A program made the position numbers and the translations under genes. Shown here one piece after another: positions 23,752 to 24,000 of a stretch of 24,000 nucleotides of DNA. The stretch covers positions 1-24,000 of the forward strand of contig CACWPM010000030.1 of assembly GCA_902762795.1 (NCBI GenBank), in the 5' to 3' direction. The first letter of the stretch is position 1. Every line of letters begins with the position of its first letter. A model generated the notes under the pieces. The model was given only the letters and a program-made list of their open reading frames with translations, searched no databases and was not told where the DNA came from. The stretch is from Fibrobacter succinogenes. Its GTDB lineage: Bacteria > Fibrobacterota > Fibrobacteria > Fibrobacterales > Fibrobacteraceae.

Positions 23752-24000
23752 CTATTCCTCCGTTTCACATACGACTCTTTGAGTCAAAGGGAAAAAATGT
23801 AAATTCAATCTGCAAACCTGATCTAGCTTACCGCACCTCGCCGCTATAGAAATAACCTTCTTGCGGCAAGCATCGAGTTCCTTCACGATTTCTTCGTAAC
23901 CTTCACGGTTTACACCTAAAGTAACGCCAGTGACGTTGCGGTCTTCGGGGCCAAACCGGTCAATAGATTCTATACCAAGGCGCCCCATTTCACGATGCAT
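23752..24000 (-). CDS. TIGR02147-like protein, C-terminal part only (5' end lies beyond the right edge; first gene of cassette 2)
   Basis: The 82 aa align with the C-terminus of 21117..21935: MHREMGRLGIESIDRFGPEDRNVTGVTLGVNREGYEEIVKELDACRKKVISIAA..RLNLHFFPLT vs MHRQMGYLAVDALDRFTANERNITGITMGVDHEAYERIVRELDECRKKITAIAE..RLNLQLFPLS. Confidence 0.8.
   Translation of the reverse strand: MHREMGRLGIESIDRFGPEDRNVTGVTLGVNREGYEEIVKELDACRKKVISIAARCGKLDQVCRLNLHFFPLTQRVVCETEE

Overview
The window reads as chromosomal DNA from a Fibrobacter-like (FCB-group) fibrolytic bacterium. This is inferred from gene content only: a GH5 cellulase with a C-terminal sorting domain, many MGCS-type lipoproteins, and TIGR02147-like paralogs. 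Gene order, left to right: (1) 1-3030 is a visibly AT-rich cluster of four paralogous minus-strand lipoprotein genes. One runs off the left edge and is missing from the ORF track. Two form a ~750-bp tandem duplication whose junction removed a stop codon, and one of these is frameshifted at an A8 tract. (2) 3130-16336 is a housekeeping block: rfbA, a Ski2-like DEAD/DEAH helicase, a putative outer-membrane protein, a CzrA/SmtB-type ArsR repressor with a His/Cys-rich SO_0444-type metal permease fused to an HMA domain, an OM beta-barrel protein, nnr, a membrane/zinc-ribbon protein and polA. (3) Two repeat-rich intergenic regions. 13206-13416 holds a 40-bp tandem repeat, a heptanucleotide microsatellite and flanking direct repeats just upstream of polA. 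16397-16673 holds four GTACCTATAAAA inverted-repeat hairpin units. (4) 17063-19165 is a modular GH5 endoglucanase. (5) 19334-24000 is the best candidate for an undescribed system. It contains two consecutive minus-strand cassettes. In each, a cytoplasmic HTH-like protein (TIGR02147-like) is translationally coupled to one or two lipoproteins built from an uncharacterised ~215-aa Cys-containing domain, with four domain copies in three genes. I saw no rRNA, tRNA, CRISPR array, transposase or integrase. All family assignments come from motif recognition by eye, and no searches were run.
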